Shown: positions 46,801 through 54,125, numbered from the stretch's first letter. The stretch is DNA of 64,000 bases from Nitrospirota bacterium (GCA_040754395.1 JBFMCL010000006.1:35197-99196), one strand, 5' to 3'. Translations and numbers: made by a program. The notes: generated by a model not told the origin, from the letters alone.

Positions 46801-47123
46801 GCGACCGTGAGTCGTGGATGATATCAATACGCGAGAGATTGCGAAATAAATATCTGCGAAACATCAGCAGGCTGGGAATGTACTGGGAGACGACCGGCAA
46901 AATGGAAAAGGCAGTCGAATGTTATCACAAAGGACTGGAAGTGGATGATCTTGCGGAGGAATTCTACCAGCGCCTTATGAAGTGTTACCGGAGGATGGGG
47001 AGGCGATCGGAAGCGATCGGTGTGTATAAACGGTGTTTTCAGGTTCTTGATTCCGTGCTCGGGATTGAACCGTCACCTGAAACAGAAGCACTTATAAGAC
47101 CCCTTATGCGCAAAATGGAATGA
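43869..47123 (+). CDS. STAND NTPase regulator: MalT-like P-loop NTPase + helical/TPR sensor region + C-terminal SARP module (OmpR-type wHTH + BTAD)
   Basis: Walker A VTSPPGSGKT. Walker B FMIVLDNF. C-terminus LKIFTLGRFGIQKNG...RPLAMLKALIAFGGREVPEDRIIDILWP...LHRLRQLLG (wHTH), then YSGAFLPGD...ECYHKGLEVDDLAEEFYQRLMKCYRRMGRRSEAIGVYKRCFQVLDSVLGIEPSPET (BTAD). No in-frame ATG before the P-loop; the start is TTG 43869 or GTG 43887. Confidence 0.8.
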   Translation: MGEHLGVKKAYISGKEPVVFKITKPHIEGIFVRDRLFDVIEKAREFPVLFVTSPPGSGKTILVSSYLESHKLPFIWYRVDEGDEDIATFFFYMGLAIKRAFPAKRFSLPIFSPEYTGSASVFSKRYFEHIFSRVAPPFMIVLDNFQAIPDDSQFQEILCHIFDEIPEGINITVISRKGVPASFAALQVNKRICPVDWSHIRFSYDEVKAFVTQKAGEISDEHIHFLYQKTDGWAAGLVLMLESLRKEKFAYTGLNHLSFGNIFDYFAHETFRELDKATRMFLLKTSCMHVLTADTADKLTGLGNSERILNNLNRNHYFTEIYPQERSVYYYHPLFREFLQSRAKEVFPHEEILGIKQHAAVLLEDSGRMEDAIGLFRESGDIEGIVRIIQKWAGTLVEQGRYQTLSNWLEYLPKDVLSDNPGILYWMGVCRLPFNPAESQIHFEVAFHKFNKRNKGPETFLSWAGVVDSIMYGHEGLKSLDRWFPVIDDLTKKYRNFHDDHVESGILCSLVRALSLRRPAKSRMEMWADRIQTFIQESRDVSVKISALTTLGCYFYSEGNFQKMNIVLESLHELIKRREVSPVTRLNVEWLKAAYFNVMSQHDECRRVVSGGLELAAALKIYVMESMLLGHGVLSSLKNEDFETAHEYLKRMAYELSFLKTWEASFYHYCSAWEALYRNNLAQALTHSEHCLRLCEHAGNPWTMSCAHLLAANVSFVFEEIKQAFCHIRQAFSIGKRSGNEFTPYICHLTEAYFLFKQGKEGLAIKAVRRGLKKGREKGFVSLFMSVKGVMETISSKALEHEIEVPYVKSLICSNRILPDTTSLENEHWPWPLKIFTLGRFGIQKNGSVLRFSGKVQQRPLAMLKALIAFGGREVPEDRIIDILWPESDGDAAHSAFTTTLHRLRQLLGVEQAVVFHEGKVFLDPRYCWVDTWAFERILGKVDASWDSVFSEGKKGDSNLIELAEKAVRMYSGAFLPGDRESWMISIRERLRNKYLRNISRLGMYWETTGKMEKAVECYHKGLEVDDLAEEFYQRLMKCYRRMGRRSEAIGVYKRCFQVLDSVLGIEPSPETEALIRPLMRKME

Positions 47124-47181
47124 ATGCATGATCCCTGTAGAATGTCATCATTGTCTGTCTGTTCGCAGATTATCCTCTATG

Positions 47182-47211
47182 TGTGACTCATCCGTGACCT
47201 TCCATATGATA
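47182..47211 (+). promoter_or_regulatory. Heptamer-repeat element, copy 3 (upstream of the secreted-protein gene)
   Basis: TGTGACT catc CGTGACC ttcca TATGATA. The third heptamer embeds TGaTAAAGA. Confidence 0.6.
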
Positions 47212-47299
47212 AAGAAATACACACTATGGCTTATTCCAGCAGGAATGAGATAAAGGGGGAGATGTTCAGTGCAAACGAAGCAAAACAAGGAGGACAAAA

Positions 47300-47686
47300 A
47301 TGTCTGTCAATCATGAAGCAAGAAGATTACTCTCTGTCATCCTCGTATCCGTTGCGGTGATCTTGTCGGGTATGGCATATGTGCACGCAGATTCATCTGT
47401 ATCTGTAATATCAGGAAGGCTGGCAGCGAAATATGACAGCCAGAACGGTACCGTAACAGCCATGGTAGCGGGATATTGCGAGAGCCAGCCGGTGACAATA
47501 GGCCCCTCAACATGGAAAATTGCAGAATGGGAGTTTGCCAACATGAATGCTGCAGACATTGCAAGAACCCTGTGTGGAGAAAATCATACCCTGCAGCGGG
47601 TAACGAAATCCTCCAATAACGGAAGGGAAATTGTCGCTGATATTGTCATGGTAAAAAATAAACCGGAGGGTCTGGCTGGACGATAA
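47300..47686 (+). CDS. Small secreted protein (128 aa, 2 Cys), unknown function
   Basis: AGGAGG SD. Signal peptide ...SGMAYVHA/DS. No recognised family. Confidence 0.6.
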   Translation: MSVNHEARRLLSVILVSVAVILSGMAYVHADSSVSVISGRLAAKYDSQNGTVTAMVAGYCESQPVTIGPSTWKIAEWEFANMNAADIARTLCGENHTLQRVTKSSNNGREIVADIVMVKNKPEGLAGR

Positions 47687-47955
47687 CCCGGACAGAAAAA
47701 AGATGAATAATCGCGGCTCAATACGTTTTTTCTTTCCGGTATTACGTGGATGTATTCCTGGTATTATAAAGTGATGCTTCACGAACCCTCATAATCTGAG
47801 ACACGAAGAATACCAGAGCATATACTGTGTCACTGCGTGTTCCTGGTTTTGCGTGTACGGCCTTTTTTGCGCAGTGTCTGCGTACAAGTCGTATACAAGG
47901 GTGCAGAGTAACTCTGCATGGTATTATCTGAAAGGTAAGGAATGCAAAAGAAGCG

Positions 47956-48723
47956 ATGAGAATCAGGGTTATCGGATGTTCGGGTGCTGAATTTCCCGGA
48001 CACAACGCTCCCAGTTTTGTGCTTGATGATGAAATAGTATTCGATGCGGGGAGTATTACTGATGTGCTCGACAAGAAAGCCCAGTTCAGAATAAAGAATA
48101 TCTTTATTACACATGCACATCTTGACCACATAAAAAGCATCCCATTTCTTGCTGATAACGTTATTGTAGGAAGAAAAAAGAACCGTATCAATATACTGAG
48201 TATTGCTCAGGTGATCAGAACCATCAAACGCCATCTTTTCAACAGTTCTGTGTGGCCGGATTTTACAATTATCCCCAATCCTGAACATGCAATCATGAAT
48301 CTTATTACCCTGAAAGCCGGTCTGACACTCAGGATAAACCGTTATTCGGTAACTCCATACAGGGTGAAACATCCTGTTCCCGCTGTCGGTTATCTGGTAG
48401 AAGACGATAGAAACAAAAGATTCTTCTACACGGGTGATACCGGCCCCACACCACAAACATGGAAAAACATAGGCAGGAGAAGGCTCAACTGCCTTATTAT
48501 TGACGTCTCTTTTCCTGATGCTATGAGGGGTATGGCGGTGAAAACCGGACATCTTACTCCCGCGTTGTTACGGCAGGAACTGATGATGATGCACGACATG
48601 CCCGAAAGGGTATATATTAGTCATCCGAAACCCCAGTATATCAGAACCATCAGAAACCAGATCTCACGGTTGAAGCTGAACAATGTGAGGATATTAAGGG
48701 AAGGAGACATTGTTAAGATATGA
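47956..48723 (+). CDS. MBL-fold hydrolase resembling class II 3',5'-cyclic-nucleotide phosphodiesterase
   Basis: IRVIGCSGAEFPG...FVLDDEIVFDAGS...IFITHAHLDHIKSIPFL. The HxHLDH block is the core of the class II PDE signature. 255 aa. Confidence 0.7.
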   Translation: MRIRVIGCSGAEFPGHNAPSFVLDDEIVFDAGSITDVLDKKAQFRIKNIFITHAHLDHIKSIPFLADNVIVGRKKNRINILSIAQVIRTIKRHLFNSSVWPDFTIIPNPEHAIMNLITLKAGLTLRINRYSVTPYRVKHPVPAVGYLVEDDRNKRFFYTGDTGPTPQTWKNIGRRRLNCLIIDVSFPDAMRGMAVKTGHLTPALLRQELMMMHDMPERVYISHPKPQYIRTIRNQISRLKLNNVRILREGDIVKI

Positions 48724-48850
48724 GTATATATCCGGGCCTCAAAACAAATCAGAAAAACCCCCGCATTATTGCCTGTCATTCCGTTTAACCTTCTGTTACA
48801 CAGGTGCATCTCTTTGTCAAAAACATTGTCAGGATATCAGGCCCGTTATA

Positions 48851-48880
48851 CGTGACCCATATGTGACCGGATGCCTGATA
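48851..48880 (+). promoter_or_regulatory. Heptamer-repeat element, copy 4 (upstream of the small basic protein)
   Basis: CGTGACC cata TGTGACC ggatg CCTGATA. The third heptamer embeds TGaTATCCT. Flanked by a 12-bp inverted repeat (48831-48842 / 48873-48884). Confidence 0.55.
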
Positions 48881-48966
48881 TCCTAAGCCCAGGAAAAGTT
48901 CAGTCGGAGTTGAACACACAATATTTCAATCGTATGACGCGGACAAAAACGAACAAAGGGGGCTCT

Positions 48967-49170
48967 GTGGAAAGTTATATACTCCGCATTTACCGTCGAC
49001 AGGGGGACAATCCGATGAATTTCATCGGCATTCTCGAAGAGACTGGCACGGAAGAAAGAAAGTCGTTTACCAATTTGAATGAACTCTGGGATATCCTCAA
49101 ATCACTCAAGAAAAGAGAAACGGGAAGGCAGAGAGATTATACTCAGAGAAGAACGTCAACCAGGGGATGA
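48967..49170 (+). CDS. Small basic hypothetical protein
   Basis: AAGGGGG 4 nt before GTG at 48967 gives VESYILRIYRRQGDNPMNFIGILEETGTEERKSFTNLNELWDILKSLKKRETGRQRDY... The alternative starts, ATG 48934 or 48871, lack an SD. 48871 lies inside the upstream element. Confidence 0.45.
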   Translation: MESYILRIYRRQGDNPMNFIGILEETGTEERKSFTNLNELWDILKSLKKRETGRQRDYTQRRTSTRG

Positions 49171-49523
49171 AAGCCGCTTGAAAGGAAAATTCCCCTCTGT
49201 GTTGATCTGTGACAAACGCGGACTCAAGGAACACTGTCAATTATTCCCGCAAAGGGATTGCCGTAAGTATCTATCGAGCGGACAAAATATGCTTTCTGAA
49301 GAATGAGATCAAATGAAGTCCATACATCAGCAATTATTTCCCTTCCTGTCATCTGACTGTCAGACATACTGAGCAAATTGTCAGAAGCGCAACGCAGATG
49401 CGGGAATGGTGCGTACGTTTTTGCGCTTACGGAAACAAGAAGTAACGTTTTCCCGCAGCATTTATTCCCTGAAAAAACCTTGCGAGACGAATGTGGCTGA
49501 AGTTATGGTATAATTCCTTTGCG

Positions 49524-50564
49524 ATGGATCTAAAAAAATTAGTTAGGCCGAATGTGCATGCTCTTACCGCCTATGCCGCAAAAGAAATCCCCTGCAAAGT
49601 CAAACTTGATGCCAATGAAAGCCCTTATGGCTTCAAAAATGCAGCAAGGGCATTGAAATCATTCAAGACACACAGATATCCGGATCCGGAGGCGAAGGCC
49701 CTGAAAAAGCTCATAGCAAAGGATTTCAGAGTGAATCCGGAAAACATACTCCAGGGAAACGGATCTGATGAAATGATTTATTATCTGGTCACTACGTTCG
49801 GAGGTCCTGTACTTTATCCGGTTCCGACGTTCTCGATGTACGGGATCATCTCACAGGCAATAGGAGTGAGGAAACTTGGGATTCCCCTCGACAGTGCATT
49901 TGATATCGATATCGAAGGGTTTCTCAGGGAAATCAAAAAGACCAAACCGAGACTGATTTTTTTAAGTTCTCCGAATAATCCAACCGGCAACTGCTTTTCG
50001 TCTGACAGGATATTGCAGATCATAGAAGCTTCCAGGAAGGGAACAATAGTCGTTGTCGATGAGGCTTACCAGCCATTTGCAAGCAAAACAGGATTCCTTC
50101 CGCTTCTCGGTGATTACAGAAATCTCGTCATTATGAGAACGCTGAGCAAGATAGGGCTTGCGGGTCTCAGGATCGGGTTTCTCGTAGCGGACAGCGAGAT
50201 AATTGAAGAAGTAAACAAGACCAGGCTCCCGTTTAATGTCAACTCATTGTCTCAGACGATAGCTGTCGAAGCTCTCAGAAGCAAGAAAGTGTTGAGGGCA
50301 TATATATCATCCATAATTTCGGAAAGAGAGAAACTTTTTGCTGGGATGTCCGGGATAAATGGGGTAATACCTTTCCCGTCAGAGGCAAATTTTATTTTGT
50401 TCAGGGTGCCGCATCCTGAGAGAGTATATGCCGGGCTTCTGGAAAACGGGGTTCTTGTAAGGAACATGAAGGGCCTTGTGGATGGGTGCCTCAGGGTGAC
50501 TGTTGGAACACCTTCGGAAAACAGGATTTTTCTCGCATCGCTCAGGAAGGTTGCAAAAAAATAG
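49524..50564 (+). CDS. hisC: Histidinol-phosphate aminotransferase
   Basis: MDLKKLVRPNVHALTAY...KLDANESPY...SSPNNPTGN...RTLSKIGLAGLRIGF (PLP Lys). Start 49524 preferred over 49491. Confidence 0.88.
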   Translation: MDLKKLVRPNVHALTAYAAKEIPCKVKLDANESPYGFKNAARALKSFKTHRYPDPEAKALKKLIAKDFRVNPENILQGNGSDEMIYYLVTTFGGPVLYPVPTFSMYGIISQAIGVRKLGIPLDSAFDIDIEGFLREIKKTKPRLIFLSSPNNPTGNCFSSDRILQIIEASRKGTIVVVDEAYQPFASKTGFLPLLGDYRNLVIMRTLSKIGLAGLRIGFLVADSEIIEEVNKTRLPFNVNSLSQTIAVEALRSKKVLRAYISSIISEREKLFAGMSGINGVIPFPSEANFILFRVPHPERVYAGLLENGVLVRNMKGLVDGCLRVTVGTPSENRIFLASLRKVAKK

Positions 50565-50694
50565 TGGGTCTTAGTCATCATACGACAGGAAATCTCATGA
50601 TGGGTTACCTGCGCAGCTGAAATATGTGACGCGATTCAGGATTGATAAACCAGGAGAAAATAAGGAAAAGAACACAATAATACCGGGTGGAAAA

Positions 50695-51285
50695 ATGAGG
50701 ACAGCCAAAGTAGAAAGGAAAACCAAGGAGACTGATATAAAATCAGTGATCAATCTGGACGGAGAAGGAAAGTATACAGTCAGCACATCCATTCCATTTC
50801 TCGATCACATGCTTTCTCTGATGAGCAAACACGGGCTTATTGACCTAAAAATAAAAGCAAAGGGAGACATAGACATTGATTATCACCATACCGTTGAGGA
50901 TATCGGCATCGTGCTGGGGAAGTCATTGAAGCAGGCCCTGGGTGATATGAAAGGCATTGCCCGTTATGGCCAGGCTTCGGTGCCGATGGATGAGGCACTT
51001 GCCTCGGTGACGCTTGATATCAGTGGAAGACCTTATCTTGTCTACAAGGTTACATTTCCCAAAAAAGCGAAACTCAGAAATTTCGATCCTGATCTCGTTG
51101 AGGATTTTCTCCAGGCCTTTTCGAGCAGCAGCAGCATCACACTGCATGTTGAATCTTCATACGGGAGAAATACCCATCACATTATTGAAGCCATATTCAA
51201 GGCGCTTGGCAGGGCACTCAGACAGGCTGTTGCGATAGATCCCCGTGTGAAGGGCGTTCCGTCAACAAAAAAAGTGCTGGGATGA
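50695..51285 (+). CDS. hisB: Imidazoleglycerol-phosphate dehydratase
   Basis: [15 protein letters not shown]...IPFLDHML...[11 protein letters not shown]...[14 protein letters not shown]. Confidence 0.9.
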   Translation: MRTAKVERKTKETDIKSVINLDGEGKYTVSTSIPFLDHMLSLMSKHGLIDLKIKAKGDIDIDYHHTVEDIGIVLGKSLKQALGDMKGIARYGQASVPMDEALASVTLDISGRPYLVYKVTFPKKAKLRNFDPDLVEDFLQAFSSSSSITLHVESSYGRNTHHIIEAIFKALGRALRQAVAIDPRVKGVPSTKKVLG

Positions 51286-51393
51286 GAGGAAGTATTCGTT
51301 TTTTCCGGTCTTTTCACATAAGGGGATGAGGATAATTTACAAAACAATGTGTGACGATAGGGTTTCTTTCTTCACAGCGAGATAAACTTACCT

Positions 51394-52176
51394 ATGAAAA
51401 TCGCGATAACAGGAAAAGGTGGTGTGGGAAAAACAACACTTGCCTCTCTGCTGGCACATCTCTACGCAGAGGAGGGGAAAAGGGTTATTGCGGTAGATGC
51501 TGATCCTGATGCAAATCTTGCATCAGCGCTGGGGGTGTCAAAAACAGATGCGGAAAAGCTGAGGCCTATCACAGATATGGCTGATCTGATCGAAGAGCGC
51601 ACAGGCGCAAGACCGGGACGTCCCGGCGGAATGTATAAGCTCAATCCCAAGGTCGACGACCTTCCCGAGGGCATAGGACTTACACTTAACGGAATTATCC
51701 TGCTGACCATGGGGAAGCTGAAAGATGCAGCTTCGGGGTGCTATTGTCCTGAAAACGTACTTTTGAGAAACCTGCTTAAGCATCTGATGGTTGACAGAAG
51801 TGAAGTGGTGATCGTCGATATGGAAGCAGGGATAGAGCATCTCACACGTGGGACTGCAGAGGCTGTGGACATTTTTATCGTGGTTGTGGAACCGGGGCAG
51901 AGAAGCATAGAGACGGCGAAAACTGTTTTTGGTATGGCCAGGAACCTTGGAGTGCAGAAAGTTTATGTTGTCGCGAACAAAGTGAGGGGCAATGAGGATA
52001 TTCGTTTCATAAGTGAACATATCGGAGGAATGGATATTGCAGGGGCGCTTTCATACCGAAATGCTGTTATAGAAGCGGATATGAAGGGGGTATGCCCGTA
52101 TCGTTTCTCTATCGAGACTGTCGATGAAGTACGGGATCTGAAAAACAGAATCGAAAAAGACTTTTCTGTTCCATAA
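51394..52176 (+). CDS. cooC: CooC/AcsF-type Ni-insertion ATPase (MinD/ParA-like P-loop)
   Basis: MKIAITGKGGVGKTTLASLL deviant Walker A. CYCPEN Cys motif typical of CooC. 260 aa. Confidence 0.75.
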   Translation: MKIAITGKGGVGKTTLASLLAHLYAEEGKRVIAVDADPDANLASALGVSKTDAEKLRPITDMADLIEERTGARPGRPGGMYKLNPKVDDLPEGIGLTLNGIILLTMGKLKDAASGCYCPENVLLRNLLKHLMVDRSEVVIVDMEAGIEHLTRGTAEAVDIFIVVVEPGQRSIETAKTVFGMARNLGVQKVYVVANKVRGNEDIRFISEHIGGMDIAGALSYRNAVIEADMKGVCPYRFSIETVDEVRDLKNRIEKDFSVP

Positions 52177-53027
52177 TGAATATCGAGAAGATTCTTGCCG
52201 GTATAGATTTCGGAAAGGATGCAGAGCGGGTGCTGTCATATGCCTTGTATATTGCCACGGCGTATGAAGCTTCTGTAAGTCTCCTGTATATCATTGACTA
52301 TCTTGTCACGCCTCCCTCATATCTTGCACAGTATATCGATGAGGAGAAAAAGGCTGCTGAACGGAAGTTTGAAACCATGAAAAAACAAATGAACGAAGCC
52401 GGGATCGAGACCAGAACAGATGTTATCGTCGGCAGACTCAGGGAGTCTTTTGCAGCAGCTGCAAAAAACACGGGAGCAGACATGCTCATACTGGGTTTCA
52501 TGTCTCATGTTTTCCGGAGGAGCAGTTCAGAGAAACTTATAAAAGGCCTGAGGATCCCAATGCTTGTAGTGAGGGGAGAGAAGGCTGCGGCTGCAAAATT
52601 TGGATCAGTCAAAGTCAGAAAAGTGCTCTGTCCGACTGATTTTTCAGGTCCTTCAGGGAACGCTGTTGAATATGCCAAGGCATTGAGTGCAAAGGTCTCG
52701 GCAGAAATGCATATCTTGCATGTGTCATCTCACCACTTGCTCAAGAAAATGCGGGTATCTGAGGAGAGAGACAGGTCAATAGAAGATTTGAAAGAAACAG
52801 CACAAGAACAGTTGAGTAAATTACTTGTGTCTAATGACATCGCAGGAAAGGGTATACTGGATGAGGGAGATCCCGAAAAGAGAATCGTCGCGTGTGCTGA
52901 GGACAAAGATATTGATTTAATAGTTATGGGTGCCAGAGGACTGGGACTCATGCAAGGGATGTTGGTTGGAAGTGTAACCGATGCAGTCCTGAAGGCATCA
53001 CCCTGCCCCGTTCTCGTGATACACTGA
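52176..53027 (+). CDS. Tandem universal stress protein (2 x Usp domain)
   Basis: Two Usp-like halves, each ending in a G-x2-G-x9-GS-like block (...LILGFMSHVFRRSSSEKL, ...IVMGARGLGLMQGMLVGSVTDAVL). The start overlaps the cooC stop (TAATG). Confidence 0.8.
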   Translation: MNIEKILAGIDFGKDAERVLSYALYIATAYEASVSLLYIIDYLVTPPSYLAQYIDEEKKAAERKFETMKKQMNEAGIETRTDVIVGRLRESFAAAAKNTGADMLILGFMSHVFRRSSSEKLIKGLRIPMLVVRGEKAAAAKFGSVKVRKVLCPTDFSGPSGNAVEYAKALSAKVSAEMHILHVSSHHLLKKMRVSEERDRSIEDLKETAQEQLSKLLVSNDIAGKGILDEGDPEKRIVACAEDKDIDLIVMGARGLGLMQGMLVGSVTDAVLKASPCPVLVIH

Positions 53028-54052
53028 TGATCTCTGAGATACTTTTTCTTGTATTTGGGCTTCTGCTGATTCTGCTTGCTGCAGAGGTATTTACCAACGG
53101 GATTGAAACTTTCGGAAGAAAATTCTCCTTTTCGCAGGCAGTTGTGGGAAGTCTCTTTGCTGCTGTTGGTACTGCCTTGCCGGAAACAATCCTCCCTATC
53201 GTCGCAATTCTTTTTTACCGCGGACATGCATCAGAAGAGATAGGTATTGGAGCGATACTGGGGGCGCCTTTTATGCTGTCTACCCTTGCGTTTTTTCTCA
53301 TTGGGTTGACTGTAGCGGTTTCATACGCAAAAAAGAGGCGAAGGTTCGAGATTCAGGCAGAGGTCAGCACAACAAAGAGAGATCTCATGTTCTTCATGCC
53401 CCTGTATTCGTTAGCCATACTCTCACCGCTGTTCGGAGGGAAATCCCTTTTACTGGCAGTTGCCGTTTTCCTCATATTGGGATATGTCTATTATGCATAC
53501 AGGACGTTCCGTTGTGAAAGCGCATGCATTGAACACGCCGAGGAAATGTATCTCTTCCGGTTATTCAGGCATATCAGAGTCATCAGGAAAGAGCATTCCC
53601 CCCTTGTTCTTATTCTCATACAGGTGCTGGGGGCTCTTGCCGTAATGATTACCGGGGCCCACACCTTTGTAGAAAGTCTTGAGCACATTTCTGTTCGTTT
53701 CGGAATGAATCCGTTGCTTTTTGCACTGATTCTGGCGCCGATAGCAACAGAACTCCCTGAAAAGTTCAACAGCGTCACATGGACCTGGAAGGGGAGGGAT
53801 ACTCTTGCAATCGGCAACATAACCGGAGCAATGGTGTTCCAGTCGACCTTCCCCGTATGCGTAGGGCTGCTATTCACTAACTGGAAACTGACAGGTATGG
53901 CAATGCTGTCGGCTGCCATAGCGTTGACATCAACACTGATCGTCCTTTTGGAGATCACCATCAGAAAACGCATATCGCCGTTTACCATGATTTGCGGCGG
54001 AGGTTTCTATCTCTTATATGCGATTATACTGGTTGCCGGTAACAGTCAGTGA
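53027..54052 (+). CDS. Sodium/calcium exchanger (CaCA) family membrane protein
   Basis: About 10 TM helices. Alpha-repeat-like GTALPETILPIVA and GNITGAMVFQSTF. The start overlaps the usp stop (TGATG). Confidence 0.72.
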   Translation: MISEILFLVFGLLLILLAAEVFTNGIETFGRKFSFSQAVVGSLFAAVGTALPETILPIVAILFYRGHASEEIGIGAILGAPFMLSTLAFFLIGLTVAVSYAKKRRRFEIQAEVSTTKRDLMFFMPLYSLAILSPLFGGKSLLLAVAVFLILGYVYYAYRTFRCESACIEHAEEMYLFRLFRHIRVIRKEHSPLVLILIQVLGALAVMITGAHTFVESLEHISVRFGMNPLLFALILAPIATELPEKFNSVTWTWKGRDTLAIGNITGAMVFQSTFPVCVGLLFTNWKLTGMAMLSAAIALTSTLIVLLEITIRKRISPFTMICGGGFYLLYAIILVAGNSQ

Positions 54053-54125
54053 GTTCCCTCTCCTGCAAAATTTGTTAATCGTTAACCGGTTGCGGTAATT
54101 CAGAAATTCTCTTTCACCGTGATAT

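Noticed and set aside
36253-48880. Interpreting the TGTGAC-containing elements as CRP sites (TGTGA-N6-TCACA).
   Set aside because: None of the four copies has an inverted TCACA partner at N6. The repeats are direct, with 11/12-nt phasing, which fits wHTH (SARP/OmpR-type) proteins rather than CRP dimers. The only true palindrome of that type is the separate site at 54126.
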